Source: Candidatus Saccharimonadota bacterium
GTDB taxonomy: Bacteria; Patescibacteriota; Gracilibacteria; BD1-5; UBA6164
NCBI GenBank assembly: GCA_963677765.1
Contig: OY782392.1
Span: 780,001 to 812,000 of the forward strand
DNA length: 32,000 bases
Direction of reading: 5' to 3'
In this document: in pieces, positions 11,009 to 21,380 of the stretch
Layout of the letters: each line of letters opens with the position of its first letter
Position numbering within the stretch: position 1 is the first letter of the stretch
Notes under the pieces: model-generated
Database searches by the model: none
Seen by the model: only the letters and a program-made list of their open reading frames with translations
What the model was told of the DNA's origin: nothing
Position numbers and translations under genes: made by a program

Positions 11009-12836
11009 TTAGTGCATTTTTTCTTAGTTTCTTCATAGAATTAAGAGCATCTTGAATAATGTCTTCATTGTAACTGATATTTTGTCATATAATATCCATT
11101 ACTTCTAGCTTTACTTTTTGTCTTTCTTCTTCAGTTGAGTGTGTGTATATATTTTTTAATCATATATTGATTATACCATCTATACTTATTTTTGTTTTAT
11201 TTGAAACTATATTTATTCAGTATTCATTAAAATCTAATATAGGATATTTTATTGAAATATATTTTATAAAATCCATTTCATCTAATTCTTTTCATTGCAT
11301 TCTTTGTTTTATTGCAAAAAATACTATATCAGAATAAAACATTGGCTTTAGTATTTTTTTTGAATTTATTTCATTTTTGATTTCAATTAATAATTTAATC
11401 TCATCAAATCAAACTTTTCATAAAAATAAATCTTCAAATTTTATTCATTTTTCACCATCAGATAATATATATTTATTTATTTCTTTTGCTGCCTGGAATA
11501 ATCATCTTGTATATGTTGTGTCTTTGTGTTGTACTCAGATTTTATTAGATCTTTTTAGTCTAAATAATCTATCTTTTACAGATATTATGTCTTTTTCTAA
11601 TTTGTTTGATATTATTAAAAAATCTATTAATTCTTCATTTGTTAGTATTTCAGCAAAAAGTATTTTTATAAAATTACTATTAAAATCTAATTTTTTTTCA
11701 TCAATAATATATTTTCATGTTTTTTTATCTATTTTAAAAATTTGTTCTCAATACTTCAGCATATTTTCCATCAAAATTGCTGCTCATTCATCTTTTTGAG
11801 TTGATCATTTTCATCTAATATTTCATATCAATATTTGAGAATTATGCTCTGAAATATTGTGAGTTTCATTTTCATGTGAATTTAAGGCTAGAAATCTTGG
11901 AAAATCAAAAAAAGCAAAACTTTCAGTACTTGGTATTTGAAATCAGTTTGGTCAGTCAGATATACTTTTAGCATAATTATTAACCTCTACATTAAAGTTC
12001 ATTTTTTTGAATGCTTCTATAAAAAGATTGAATCATAAAATATAATCTTTTTGACTTAGCTTATATTTAGATAATTCATTTAATTTATTTTGATTGCTAT
12101 TTGATTCTTTGTATTGGAATCATATTTCTAAAAATGACTCTAATTTTTTTATATATCATAAAAATCTTTCTTTTTCTTCTTGGTTTATTTTATGTTTATT
12201 TTTTTCAAATATAGTTTTGACTTTTGTATAACATAATCAAACTTCTTCAGGGTTTTCTTTTATTAATCATCAAAATAATTTTTTATCTATATCTCTTTGT
12301 TTTTTATTTATTTTTGATTCTTCTTCATTTTTTAATTCAATATCTAATCATGCCTTTTCTTCTTCAAATACTAATCAATTTAAACAATATTTTAGTAAAA
12401 GAATTTTTTCATCTAGTGAATTCTTAAGTATTAGTATTTTATTTTTATTTTTTGTTTTTAGTTTATCTATATTTATTTTTTCTATAAGATCTTTTGAAAT
12501 TTTTATTTCTTTTATTTTGCTTTTTATTTTCTTTCTTAATTTTTTAGATGCTTTTTTAACCTGTTTTATTTTTTCACTATCGTCTGATTCTAAAAATAAA
12601 TTTATATCTAACTCTCATAAACTTATGAATAGGGTAGTATTTATATTTACTTCTCTTCAGTTTAATATTAACTTTTCTCATGTTTTTTCATTTGTATTTA
12701 AATATGAGTAAGTTACTTCAGCTATTTTCCACATTTCTTGTTTTATCCATATTTCATCATCATAAACTAGAGAAGTTATATCATTTATAAACTCCTCTAG
12801 TTTTTCTATTCAAAAATTTTCTAGATTTTTTTTCAT
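10998..12836 (-). CDS. DUF1704/MATCAP-like (QEGLA-motif family) putative Zn-metallopeptidase with a long Lys/Glu-rich N-terminal region, 612 aa
   Basis: The ORF is 1839 nt under table 25. The core reads FQIPSTESFAFFDFPRFLALNSHENETHNISEHNSQILIGNIRGKGSTQKDEGAAILMENMLKYG, followed by HKDTTYTRG. Its layout parallels the CDS at 14926-16062. The family call is from memory of the HE..H ... (Q)EG(L)A signature. Confidence 0.6.
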
Positions 12837-12962
12837 AGATTTGATAAAATAAATTAATTCTATTCTAAAATAACATATTTCCTCTATTTTTTCAAATTCT
12901 TTACTTTTTGTTTTTTATTTATAGAATATGCAAAATTAATTTTAACAAGACTTTTAAAAGAT

Positions 12963-14846
12963 ATGAATTTAGAAAAGATTAGGAATTTTTGTATAATCGC
13001 ACATATAGACCATGGTAAATCAACTTTGGCTGATAGATTATTAGAAATAACATGAACTATTGATAAAAGATGAATGAAGCATGGACAAATGCTTGATACA
13101 ATGGATTTGGAGCAAGAAAGATGAATAACTATAAAGCTTCAACCAGTTAGAATGCAATGGAAGTGATATGAAATGAATATAATTGATACTCCAGGTCATG
13201 TTGATTTTCAATATGAAGTTTCTAGAAGTTTAGCTTCTGTAGAAGGTGCTTTATTGATTGTTGATGCTACTCAATGAATTGAAGCTCAAACCCTTAGTAA
13301 TGTTTATATGGCAATAGAAAATGACTTAGATATCATACCAGTTATAAATAAAATAGATTTACCAGCTGCTGATGTTGATAAAGTAAGTGAAGAAATAATA
13401 AATTTACTTGGTTGTGATAAATCAGAAATTATACCAGTATCAGCTAAAACATGAGAAAATGTTGAAACAGTATTAGATGAAGTTATATCAAGAATTAGTT
13501 CTCCTCAAGTATTTGAAGAAAGTTTATGAACAGACAAAGATGAATTAAAAGCTCTAGTTTTTGATAGTCAGTATGATCCTTATAGAGGTGTAGTTAGTTA
13601 TGTAAAAGTTTTTAAATGAGAAATTAAAAAATGAGATAATCTAACTTTCTTGCATACAAACAAAAAAATAGAAGCATTGGATGTAGGATATTTTTCTCCT
13701 AGTTATGTTAGTGATAAAAAAATTGAAAATTGATCTGTTTGATATGTTGTTACTGGTTTAAAAAACTTGGAAAATGCAAAAGTATGAGATACTTTATGGA
13801 AACCAGAGAATAAAGAATGACCAAAAGATAAAGCAGAAGATGCAAAACCTATAGAATGATTTAGTGAAGCTAAACCTTTTATATATGCAGGTATATATCC
13901 TATGGATAGTAGTGAATACCCTCAATTGAAAGATGCAATGGAAAAGCTTATATTAAATGATTCTGCATTAAGTACTGAATCTAGTGTTTCTCAGGCTTTA
14001 TGACATGGTTATAGATGTGGTTTCTTATGATTATTACACTTGGATATAGTAAAAGAAAGGCTTTTTAGAGAGTTTGATATGGATGTTATAATGACATCTC
14101 CTCAAGTAACTTATAAAATAAAATTTTATTGAGATAAATCATCTGAATATAATAGATTTCATCCTGAAGTTTTCGAACTTGAATGAAAAAAATATACTTA
14201 TATTTATATATCTAATCCAGAAGATTTACCTGATAGAGAAAAATATTTAACTATTGAAGAACCAATTGCAAAAGTAGAAATAATTACCCCAAGTGAGTAT
14301 GTTTGAGCTCTTATGCAACTGTCTCAAGAAAGAAGAGGTAAATTTGTAAATCAACATTTTATAGATACAACTAGAGTTATGATAGTTTATGAATTACCTA
14401 TGAATGAATTAATAGGGGATTTTTATGATGAAATAAAATCTTTATCTAGTTGATATGCATCTATGAACTATGAATTTATAAAGTATAGTGAAGATGATAT
14501 GGTAAAATTAGATATAGTTATTGCTGATGAAAAAGTGGAAGCGCTATCTTTTATCACTCATAGAGATCAAGCTCATTATGTTTGATGAAAACTTTGTGCA
14601 AAATTAAAAGAAACAATACCAAGAGCTTTGTTTTCGATAAAAATACAGGCTGCTGTTTGATCTAAGGTTGTTGCTAGAGAAACTCTTAGTGCTCTTAGAA
14701 AAGATGTTACTGCTAAGCTTTATGGTTGAGATATTACAAGAAAGAAAAAGCTTCTAGAAAAACAAAAAAAAGGTAAAAAGAAAATGAAACAATTTGGTAA
14801 AGTTAGTTTACCTAGTGAAGCTTTTGTTAATTTATTAAAAAAATAA
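12963..14846 (+). CDS. lepA: Translation elongation factor 4 (LepA), 627 aa
   Basis: Motifs are [37 protein letters not shown] (that Gly is TGA at 13122), [17 protein letters not shown] and the NKID box. The C-terminal LepA region is [18 protein letters not shown]. Confidence 0.95.
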
Positions 14847-14869
14847 TGGATTTTCCATTATTTTTTTTT
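14837..14869 (+). terminator. Intrinsic terminator after lepA
   Basis: Stem AATAATGGA / TCCATTATT (14842-14850 / 14854-14862) followed by a T-run of eight. Confidence 0.8.
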
Positions 14870-14925
14870 AATATAATTATATATTTGTTTATTTTTATAA
14901 ACACTAACTAATTAATTTTTTTGTT

Positions 14926-16062
14926 ATGGATTTATTTATAAAGTTTTTGAAAGAAATTTCAAAGAATAATATTCATTTGATTAAGCCTTTAAAAAAGAGT
15001 AATATAACTCAAAACCCAGTTATTTTTTGATATAGTAAAGTTCCAAACTTAAAAGAATATAGATATATATATCTTTGAAAGCTATATAAACAAAAAGTTA
15101 AACTTGAACAAATAAATAAGCGTATAAAGTTAAATAAGATAAAATTATGAGAGCAAAGATATAAAATTCTTTCAGAAGAAATTAAATATATTTATAAAAA
15201 AATAGATTTTTTAAAAAATGTTTATGATTTTGAGGCAAATAAGATAGATCCAAAATATAAAATATCTTATCCTGAGATGGATTATGATTATTTTAATAGA
15301 GCATTTTTTTGAGTTAAAAAATCTGATATATGTAAAGATACATATATAGAAGATATAGATGAAAAATATACAAATGTTTCAAAGGCAGATTTAAAAGAAT
15401 TACTGGAATTATCTAAAAAGTTAGTCCCGTGATTGAATTATAAATTTTGATCTTATGCTTTTATGTCACATAGTTCTGGTACTTTGGTAATACCTACAAA
15501 AAAATATTATACATCTAGAGAGTTAGTTACACTTTTTTTTCATGAAATGACACATTTTTTTAGAAGATATAATAATATAGCTAATTATCAAACTACTCAT
15601 TGATTTTCAGATTATATGAAATTAGAAGAATGATTCGCATTGTATAATGAATATTATTATTGAAAAAAAATATTACCAAATATCAAATACAACCCTTTTT
15701 ATGATGCATGTTATTGTATTCTTTTAAATAACAAATTAAATAAAATACAAAAACAAGAAAAGATATATAAAATTCTAAAGGTAAAATGATTTAGTAGGGA
15801 AAAATCATTACATTATTATTATCGTTTTTATCGTTATAGTTCTTTTAAAACAGATCAATATTTTTTAAAAGATTTAATTTATACTAAATGATATAAAAAA
15901 GTTAATAGGTTATTAAAACTAAATAAAAAAAATTATAACTTAATTTTTTCTGGTAGAGTATGACCTAAAATGTTGAAAACTGATTTATGTATAACTCAAA
16001 ATAACTTTGATACAAAAACTTATTTTGAAACTATGTTAAAAGAAATACAAAAAAAGATATAG
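14926..16062 (+). CDS. DUF1704/MATCAP-like gluzincin metallopeptidase, 378 aa
   Basis: The ORF is 1137 nt under table 25. The core reads GTLVIPTKKYYTSRELVTLFFHEMTHFFRRYNN...DYMKLEEGFALYNEYYYG, i.e. HExxH plus a downstream EEGFA glutamate. A later FLKDLIYTKGY segment is present. Confidence 0.7.
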
Positions 16063-16084
16063 AGTTAATTCTATATCTTTTTAT
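16051..16084. terminator. Bidirectional intrinsic terminator
   Basis: Stem AAAGATATAG / CTATATCTTT (16053-16062 / 16071-16080). The plus-strand TAG stop sits in the 5' arm, and the minus-strand stop is at 16081-16083. Confidence 0.8.
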
Positions 16085-16560
16085 ATACTTATATTTATAC
16101 TTATTTCTATATCTTGAGCGTCTTCACCTAGAGGATTTTTCATTTTAAAAATATTTAATCCTGGTTTTATATATATCGGTTCATTTATAATAGTTGGAGT
16201 TTTTATTATATCTTTTATTCTTTCCACCATATCGCTTGGATTTGTATTTGATTTTATAACATAATCATCAGCTCAGTTTTGCATAGCTTCATCTAGTTTT
16301 TCATTGTCTACTACATTAGTAAATACTAATATCTTACAATGACTTGATGTTTGATGTTTTATTGATTTTAATGTATCAAATCAATTCATTACAGGCATCA
16401 TTAAATCTAATAATATAACATCAGGATTGAATTCTGATATTTTTGTTAATCAATCTAATCAATCACATGCTTCCATTACTTCAAATCATGATTTTCTTAG
16501 TTTTATAGCATACATTTCACTTAAAACTTTATCATCTTCTATTATTAATATTTTTTTCAT
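16081..16560 (-). CDS. Response regulator, receiver domain only (CheY-like) with a ~40-aa tail, 159 aa
   Basis: The sequence MKKILIIEDD...PDVILLDLMMPVMNGFDTLKSIK...ILVFTN...GADDYVIKS carries the acidic pocket, the phospho-Asp and the conserved K. No DNA-binding output domain is present. Confidence 0.9.
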
Positions 16561-16566
16561 AGTCTT

Positions 16567-17274
16567 TTAATTATTTATTAAATCAATTTCAAAATAAAAA
16601 TTACTTCATTTTCATATTTCAGATTTTACTTTTATTTGCGATCAAAAATCTTTTATAAAATTTTTACATAAGGCAAGTCATAATCATAATCAGCTAGTAT
16701 TATGTCTTTGCATACTTGATTCTATTTGAGTAAATTTATCAAAAAGTAATTCTATTTTTTCTTTTGCTATACCTATTCAATTATCTATTATTTCAAATAA
16801 TACTTTAGATTCTTTTTTTGTTGCTTTTAGAATAATTTTTCATCCTGGTTTTGTAAATTTTATAGCATTACTTAATAAATTTATAAAAACTTGTTTTAAT
16901 CTATCTTCATCTATATTTATTTTTTCATTTTTTAATCTTTTATCTATATTTATTTCAAAATCTAATCATTTAGTTTCCATTTCTAAAAACATATCATTAT
17001 AAGTAGATTTTAATAATTCAGTTATATCTACATTTTTTTTGTAGTATTCCATTCTTCAAGATTCTATTTTTGACAAAGCAAGAACATCGTTAACTAGTTT
17101 TATCAACCTAACAGAGCTATCATAACAATGATTTAAAGCTTTTCTAGCATCATCACTTATCTCTCACATATCTCACTCTAAAATCATAGATGTGTATCCT
17201 CTAATAGATGTAAGAGGTGTTCTCAGTTCATGTCATACAATTGATATATATTCTTGGCTTGTATGAGGATTCAT
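16567..17274 (-). CDS. Histidine kinase consisting only of DHp + CA domains (no TM or sensor domain), 235 aa
   Basis: The H-box VGHELRTPLTSIRGY starts at residue ~13. The N-box is NLLSNAIKFT, G1 is DNGIGI and G2 is GLGLGLALC. It ends 6 nt upstream of the response-regulator start. Confidence 0.9.
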
Positions 17275-17360
17275 TTTGAAAATATAATTATAAATATAAT
17301 CTACATTTATATTGTATCATAATCCTTTTTAAAAAAGCCAAAAAAAGTATAAAAATTGTT

Positions 17361-17388
17361 TTGACAAATGCTTGTTTTTTAATATAAT
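17361..17388 (+). promoter_or_regulatory. Near-consensus sigma70-type promoter for tRNA-His
   Basis: TTGACA (17361-17366), a 16-nt spacer, then TATAAT (17383-17388), about 29 nt upstream of the tRNA. Chance matches are common in AT-rich DNA. Confidence 0.55.
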
Positions 17389-17416
17389 CAGCCTGCTTTT
17401 ATTAAAAAGTATTTGT

Positions 17417-17494
17417 GGTGCCCGTAGTTTAGTTGGTTAGAACATCAGGTTGTGACTCTGAGGGTCGTGGGTTCGAGTCCCATCGGGCACCCCA
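17417..17494 (+). tRNA. tRNA-His (anticodon GTG) with encoded G-1 and encoded 3' CCA
   Basis: I folded the cloverleaf by hand. G-1 is followed by acceptor GTGCCCG/CGGGCAC and D stem GTTT/GAAC. The anticodon stem is TCAGG/TCTGA with loop TTGTGAC. The T arm is GTGGG-TTCGAGT-CCCAT, followed by C73 and CCA. Confidence 0.93.
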
Positions 17495-17676
17495 TTTTTT
17501 TTATTTGAAGTTTGATTAAAGTTTATTAAAATTAAAAGTTTTTAAGTAGAAAGTTTTAAGTCCTAACTTGCTTTTTACTACATAGATTTTTAATTTTTAT
17601 TGTTTTTAAAGCCTTATAAAACCTAAATAATAAAAAAATCTAGTTTATATTTTATTACTTAACGTATATTTGCATT

Positions 17677-18822
17677 ATGGCAAAAAATGATTTAACTCTG
17701 TTTGAAGAGTTGTTTGCAGCATCTCCTGAAATTAAATACCCAAAACAAGGAGAAGTTATTTCTGGTACTATTGTTAAAATAGAAAAGAAAAATATTTTAG
17801 TAAATGTTAACAATCAATTTACTGGTTTAGTTGTTTCTAAAGAAGTAGGTAATACTATTGATTTAAATGAATTACAAGCTGGTCAATCTATTGATGTTAT
17901 GGTTTTAGGTGACTCTGTTGAAAGAGGTTTATTAATCCTTTCTCTTAAAAGAGCTAACCAAATCAAAAACTTATCAAATCTTACTAAATATAACGAAACT
18001 AGTGAAATTATTACAGTTAGACCAACTGAAGCTAATAAATGAGGTTTATTAGTTGATATTGATGGTTTAAAAGGGTTTATACCTGTTTCTCAATTAACTC
18101 CAATTCACTACCCAAGAGTTGAAGGAGCTGATCCTGAAAAAATTCTTGCTCACTTAGACGGTTTAGTTGGTGAACCATTCAAAGTTAGAGTTATAAATGT
18201 AGATGAAGCTGGTAAAAAAATCATTTTCTCTGAAAAAGCTGCTATAGAAGAAAACAGAGAAAAAGCATTAACTAACTTAAAAGAAGGTGATGTTGTTGAA
18301 GGTACTGTTTCTGGTATCTTATCATATGGTTTATTCGTTACTTTTGATTGATTAGAAGGTTTAGTTCACGTTTCTGAAATTGATTGGGGACATGTTACAG
18401 ATCCTTCAAAATTTGCTAAAGTTTGAATGAAAGTAAAAGTAAAAGTTATAGGACTTGATAGTGAAAAAATTTCATTATCTATAAAAAGATTAAAAGAAAA
18501 TCCTTGGGATGTTCTTGCTAAAAAATACAAATTAAACGATTCAATAACTGCTCCTATTTCTAGAATTTCTAAATTTGGTGCATTTATGGACTTAGAAGGT
18601 GGAATACAAGGTCTTATCCATTTATCTGAAATTTCTCACGGAGTTGTTAAAGATATTAGAGATCATGTTAAAGTTGGTGAAGAAGTTACTGCTAAAATCA
18701 TCAATTTTGAACCAGAAAAGAAAAGAATTGGTTTATCTTTAAAAGCTTTACAAGAAGCTCCTAAAGAAACTGAAGTAAAAGAAGAAACTAAAGAAGATTC
18801 AAAAGAAGAAGCTTCAAAATAA
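17677..18822 (+). CDS. rpsA: 30S ribosomal protein S1 (four S1 domains), 381 aa
   Basis: Track fragments 17677..18042 and 18427..18822 are in one frame (1146 nt), joined through 3 TGA=Gly. The contexts are ANKGGLLVDI, FDGLEGLVHVSE and AKVGMKVKV. S1-domain motifs repeat. Confidence 0.93.
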
Positions 18823-18840
18823 TTTTTAAAAATAAAACAA

Positions 18841-18918
18841 TAGATACTCTGGGAAGTGTAAAACACACAGGGTATCTAAATTTAAGGCTATCCTGTTTAC
18901 CTTATGGTAGATTAGCCT
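18841..18918 (+). promoter_or_regulatory. Two stable stem-loops in the rpsA-rpsB spacer (candidate rpsB-tsf leader and/or rpsA terminator)
   Basis: Hairpin 1 is TAGATACTCTG / CAGGGTATCTA (18841-18851 / 18868-18878) with inner GTGT/ACAC. Hairpin 2 is AGGCTA / TAGCCT (18885-18890 / 18913-18918) with inner TACC-TTAT-GGTA. Neither is followed by a U-tract. The region is locally GC-richer than other spacers. Confidence 0.4.
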
Positions 18919-18949
18919 GATTTATATAAATAATAATATTAAGGAAAAT

Positions 18950-19744
18950 ATGAGTAAAACTGTATTAAATTCAATGTTTGAAAATTTATTACATATTGGT
19001 AATAAATCAAATTACTGGAATCCAAAAATGAAATCTTATATCTATGGATCAGTAAATGGTATCCATGTTATAGATTTAACTAAAACTGCTGAAAAATTAG
19101 AAGAAGTTAAAGCTGAATTAAAAGAAATTCACGAATCAGGTAAAAAAATCTTATTTGTTGCTACTAAATTACAAGCTAGAGATGCTGTTTCAAAAATGGC
19201 TACTGAATCTGGTCACTACTATGTAGCTGAAAAATGGGTTCCTGGTTTATTAACAAACTTTAAAACAATCAAAAAAAGAATTGCTACTTATGTTAAATTA
19301 TCAAATGATTTAGAAAATGGAGCTTTTGATATGTTAACAAAAAAAGAAAAAGCTGCTAAATTATTAGAACACGAAAAATTAGATAAAGCATATGCATGAG
19401 TAAAAGATATGAAAAAAATGCCAGATGTTATATTTGTAGTTGACGGTATTTATGAAGATCAAGCTATCAAAGAAGCTAATTCATTAAAAATCAAATCATT
19501 TGCTATATTAAATACAAATGGTGATGATACTTTAGTTGATAATTGTATACCAGCTAACACTAATGCTGTTAAATCAATTGAATTCTTAGTAAATGAATTA
19601 TCTACTTCTTTATCTGGTACTGCTAAAAAACCAGCTGCTGCTAGAGTAAGAAAAGTTGATGATAAAAAAGTTAGTGGAGAAAAAAAAGCAACTAGAAAAC
19701 CAGCTGCAAAAAAAGCTCCAGCTAAAAAAACTGAAGAAAAATAA
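18950..19744 (+). CDS. rpsB: 30S ribosomal protein S2 with Lys/Ala-rich C-terminal tail, 264 aa
   Basis: Track fragments 18950..19399 and 19409..19744 are in one frame, joined by a single TGA=Gly (AYAGVKDM). The S2 motifs are HIGNKSNYWNPKM and ILFVATK. Confidence 0.95.
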
Positions 19745-19808
19745 TATTGCATTTTTAGAGGAATAATTATTATATAGTTATTCCTTATTCTTTAAAAAAA
19801 TTATAAAA

Positions 19809-20123
19809 ATGAATAATACTGAAAACCAAAATGCTAGAGTTAAAAATGCTCTATGTTATATTCCTGTTGTTGCTTTTGTTTTATTTTTTATTGAAGAAAA
19901 TAAAACTCCAGACTTAGACAGAAATATAAAATATTGAATGATATTTTTTGCAGTATATTTTGTACTATCAATAATAATATCGTTTTTTCTAACTGGTTTA
20001 TTATTTTTGATATATATGTGATTAAGTATCTTCTTTTGATACAAAGCATATATAGGTGAAGATGTAAAAGTAGAGTTTATTGATAATTTTTTAGAAAAAA
20101 ATAAAAAAGATAAACAAGACTAA
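19809..20123 (+). CDS. Small DUF4870-like membrane protein, 104 aa
   Basis: ATG 19809 to TAA 20121-20123 with 3 in-frame TGA. The sequence ARVKNALCYIPVVAFVLFFIEENKTPDLDRNIKYG is followed by two further hydrophobic helices. Confidence 0.7.
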
Positions 20124-20150
20124 AATTTATAATTTAATAAATATATAAAT

Positions 20151-20936
20151 ATGGCAATTACAGCTGCTCAAATAAAAGAATTAAGAGAACTTACAGGTAT
20201 CGGTATGATGGAATGTAAAAAAGCTCTTAGCGAAACTGATGGTGATATGGAAAAAGCTATTGAAGAATTAAGAAAAAAAGGTTTAGCAAAAGCTGCTAAA
20301 AAAGCTGATAGAGATACTTTTGAAGGTGGTATTAAAATTATTACTGAAGCTGGTAAAGCTTATATCGTATCTGTTTCATGTGAAACTGATTTCTTAGCTA
20401 ATTCTGATAAGTTTAAAGCTATGTTAGAAAAAGTTGCTGAATTCTTAAAAGAAAACGGTGCTGATTCTAAAGAAGCTGCTCAAGAATTCATCAACTCTAA
20501 CTATTCTTTAGAAATGGGTGAAAACTTACAAGTTTCTAACTATAAAATAGTTGAAGGTGATGTTGTAGCTGACTATGTTCACTCTAACGGTAAATTAGCT
20601 GCTTTAATAGTTGCTAAAGCTGGTACTGATGAAGAAAAAGCTAGGCAAGTTGCTATGCACGTAACTGCAAGTAATCCTGAATTCTTATCTCCAGAAGAAA
20701 TTTCTGATGAAGTATTAGAAAAAGAAAAATCAATTCAATTAGAAATGATGAAAAATGACCCAAAAATGGAAGGTAAACCAGATGATGTTTTATTAAAAAT
20801 TATCGAAGGTAAAATGGGGAAATTCAAATCAGATATTTCTTTAACTGAACAAGCATTTGTTATGGATCCAAATATGAAAGTTAAAACTTTCATCGGTGAA
20901 GGTAACTTACAAGCTTTTTACAGATTTTCTATATAA
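20151..20936 (+). CDS. tsf: Translation elongation factor Ts, 261 aa
   Basis: This is an intact standard-code ORF. The UBA-like N-terminus is ITAAQIKELRELTGIGMMECKKAL, with CETDFLANSDKF further in. It has no TGA codon; all 17 Gly are GGN by hand count. Confidence 0.97.
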   Translation: MAITAAQIKELRELTGIGMMECKKALSETDGDMEKAIEELRKKGLAKAAKKADRDTFEGGIKIITEAGKAYIVSVSCETDFLANSDKFKAMLEKVAEFLKENGADSKEAAQEFINSNYSLEMGENLQVSNYKIVEGDVVADYVHSNGKLAALIVAKAGTDEEKARQVAMHVTASNPEFLSPEEISDEVLEKEKSIQLEMMKNDPKMEGKPDDVLLKIIEGKMGKFKSDISLTEQAFVMDPNMKVKTFIGEGNLQAFYRFSI

Positions 20937-20948
20937 TAAAATTTTACT

Positions 20949-21245
20949 ATGGCAGATATAAAAAAGCTTCAAAAGGAAGCTTTCGAAAATAAAGTAAATA
21001 AATGATTCAATACTACAAATATTGATATGGAATTTAACTTAATTTATTGAGAGTTAGCCGAAGCTTTTGATGCCTACCATAGAAATAGATGAAATGTTTG
21101 AGAAGAACTTGCAGATGTTATGATTTTCTTACTTTGATTATCAGAAATGCTTTGAGTTGATCTTGAATCAGAAGTCTTAAAAAAGATGGAAATCAATAAA
21201 AATAGAATTTATAAAAAATCATGAAGCTGACATATAAAATCTTAG
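20949..21245 (+). CDS. MazG-like nucleotide pyrophosphohydrolase domain protein, 98 aa
   Basis: The sequence is FNLIYGELAEAFDAYHRNRGNVGEELADVMIFLLGLSEMLGVDLE, showing the EExxE/D helix pattern of all-alpha NTP-PPases. It is uninterrupted only with TGA=Gly and ends in TAG at 21243-21245. Confidence 0.7.
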
Positions 21246-21257
21246 CTTCATGTCTTT

Positions 21258-21332
21258 AGTCCCATAGTTAAACGGCTATAATTCAGGACTCCAAATCCTG
21301 CGTTCAAGGTTCGATTCCTTGTGGGACTGCCA
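21258..21332 (+). tRNA. tRNA-Trp (anticodon CCA) with encoded 3' CCA
   Basis: Acceptor is AGTCCCA/TGGGACT. The anticodon stem is CAGGA/TCCTG with loop CTCCAAA. The T arm is CAAGG-TTCGATT-CCTTG, followed by discriminator G and CCA. Confidence 0.93.
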
Positions 21333-21342
21333 TTAAACCAAT

Positions 21343-21380
21343 AAAAAAAATAATCTCCTAATTTTTTAGGGGATTTTTTG
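21343..21380 (+). terminator. Intrinsic terminator after tRNA-Trp
   Basis: Stem AATCTCCT / AGGGGATT (one G-U pair) with an 8-nt loop, followed by TTTT. Confidence 0.65.

Noticed and set aside
11143-12711. Four plus-strand track ORFs (11143..11337, 11377..11799, 12224..12427, 12517..12711) with Phe/Ile/Leu/Ser-rich products
   Set aside because: They are antisense shadow ORFs of the 612-aa minus-strand gene (10998-12836). They have no motifs, and their composition is typical of the reverse complement of Lys/Glu/Asn-rich coding sequence.
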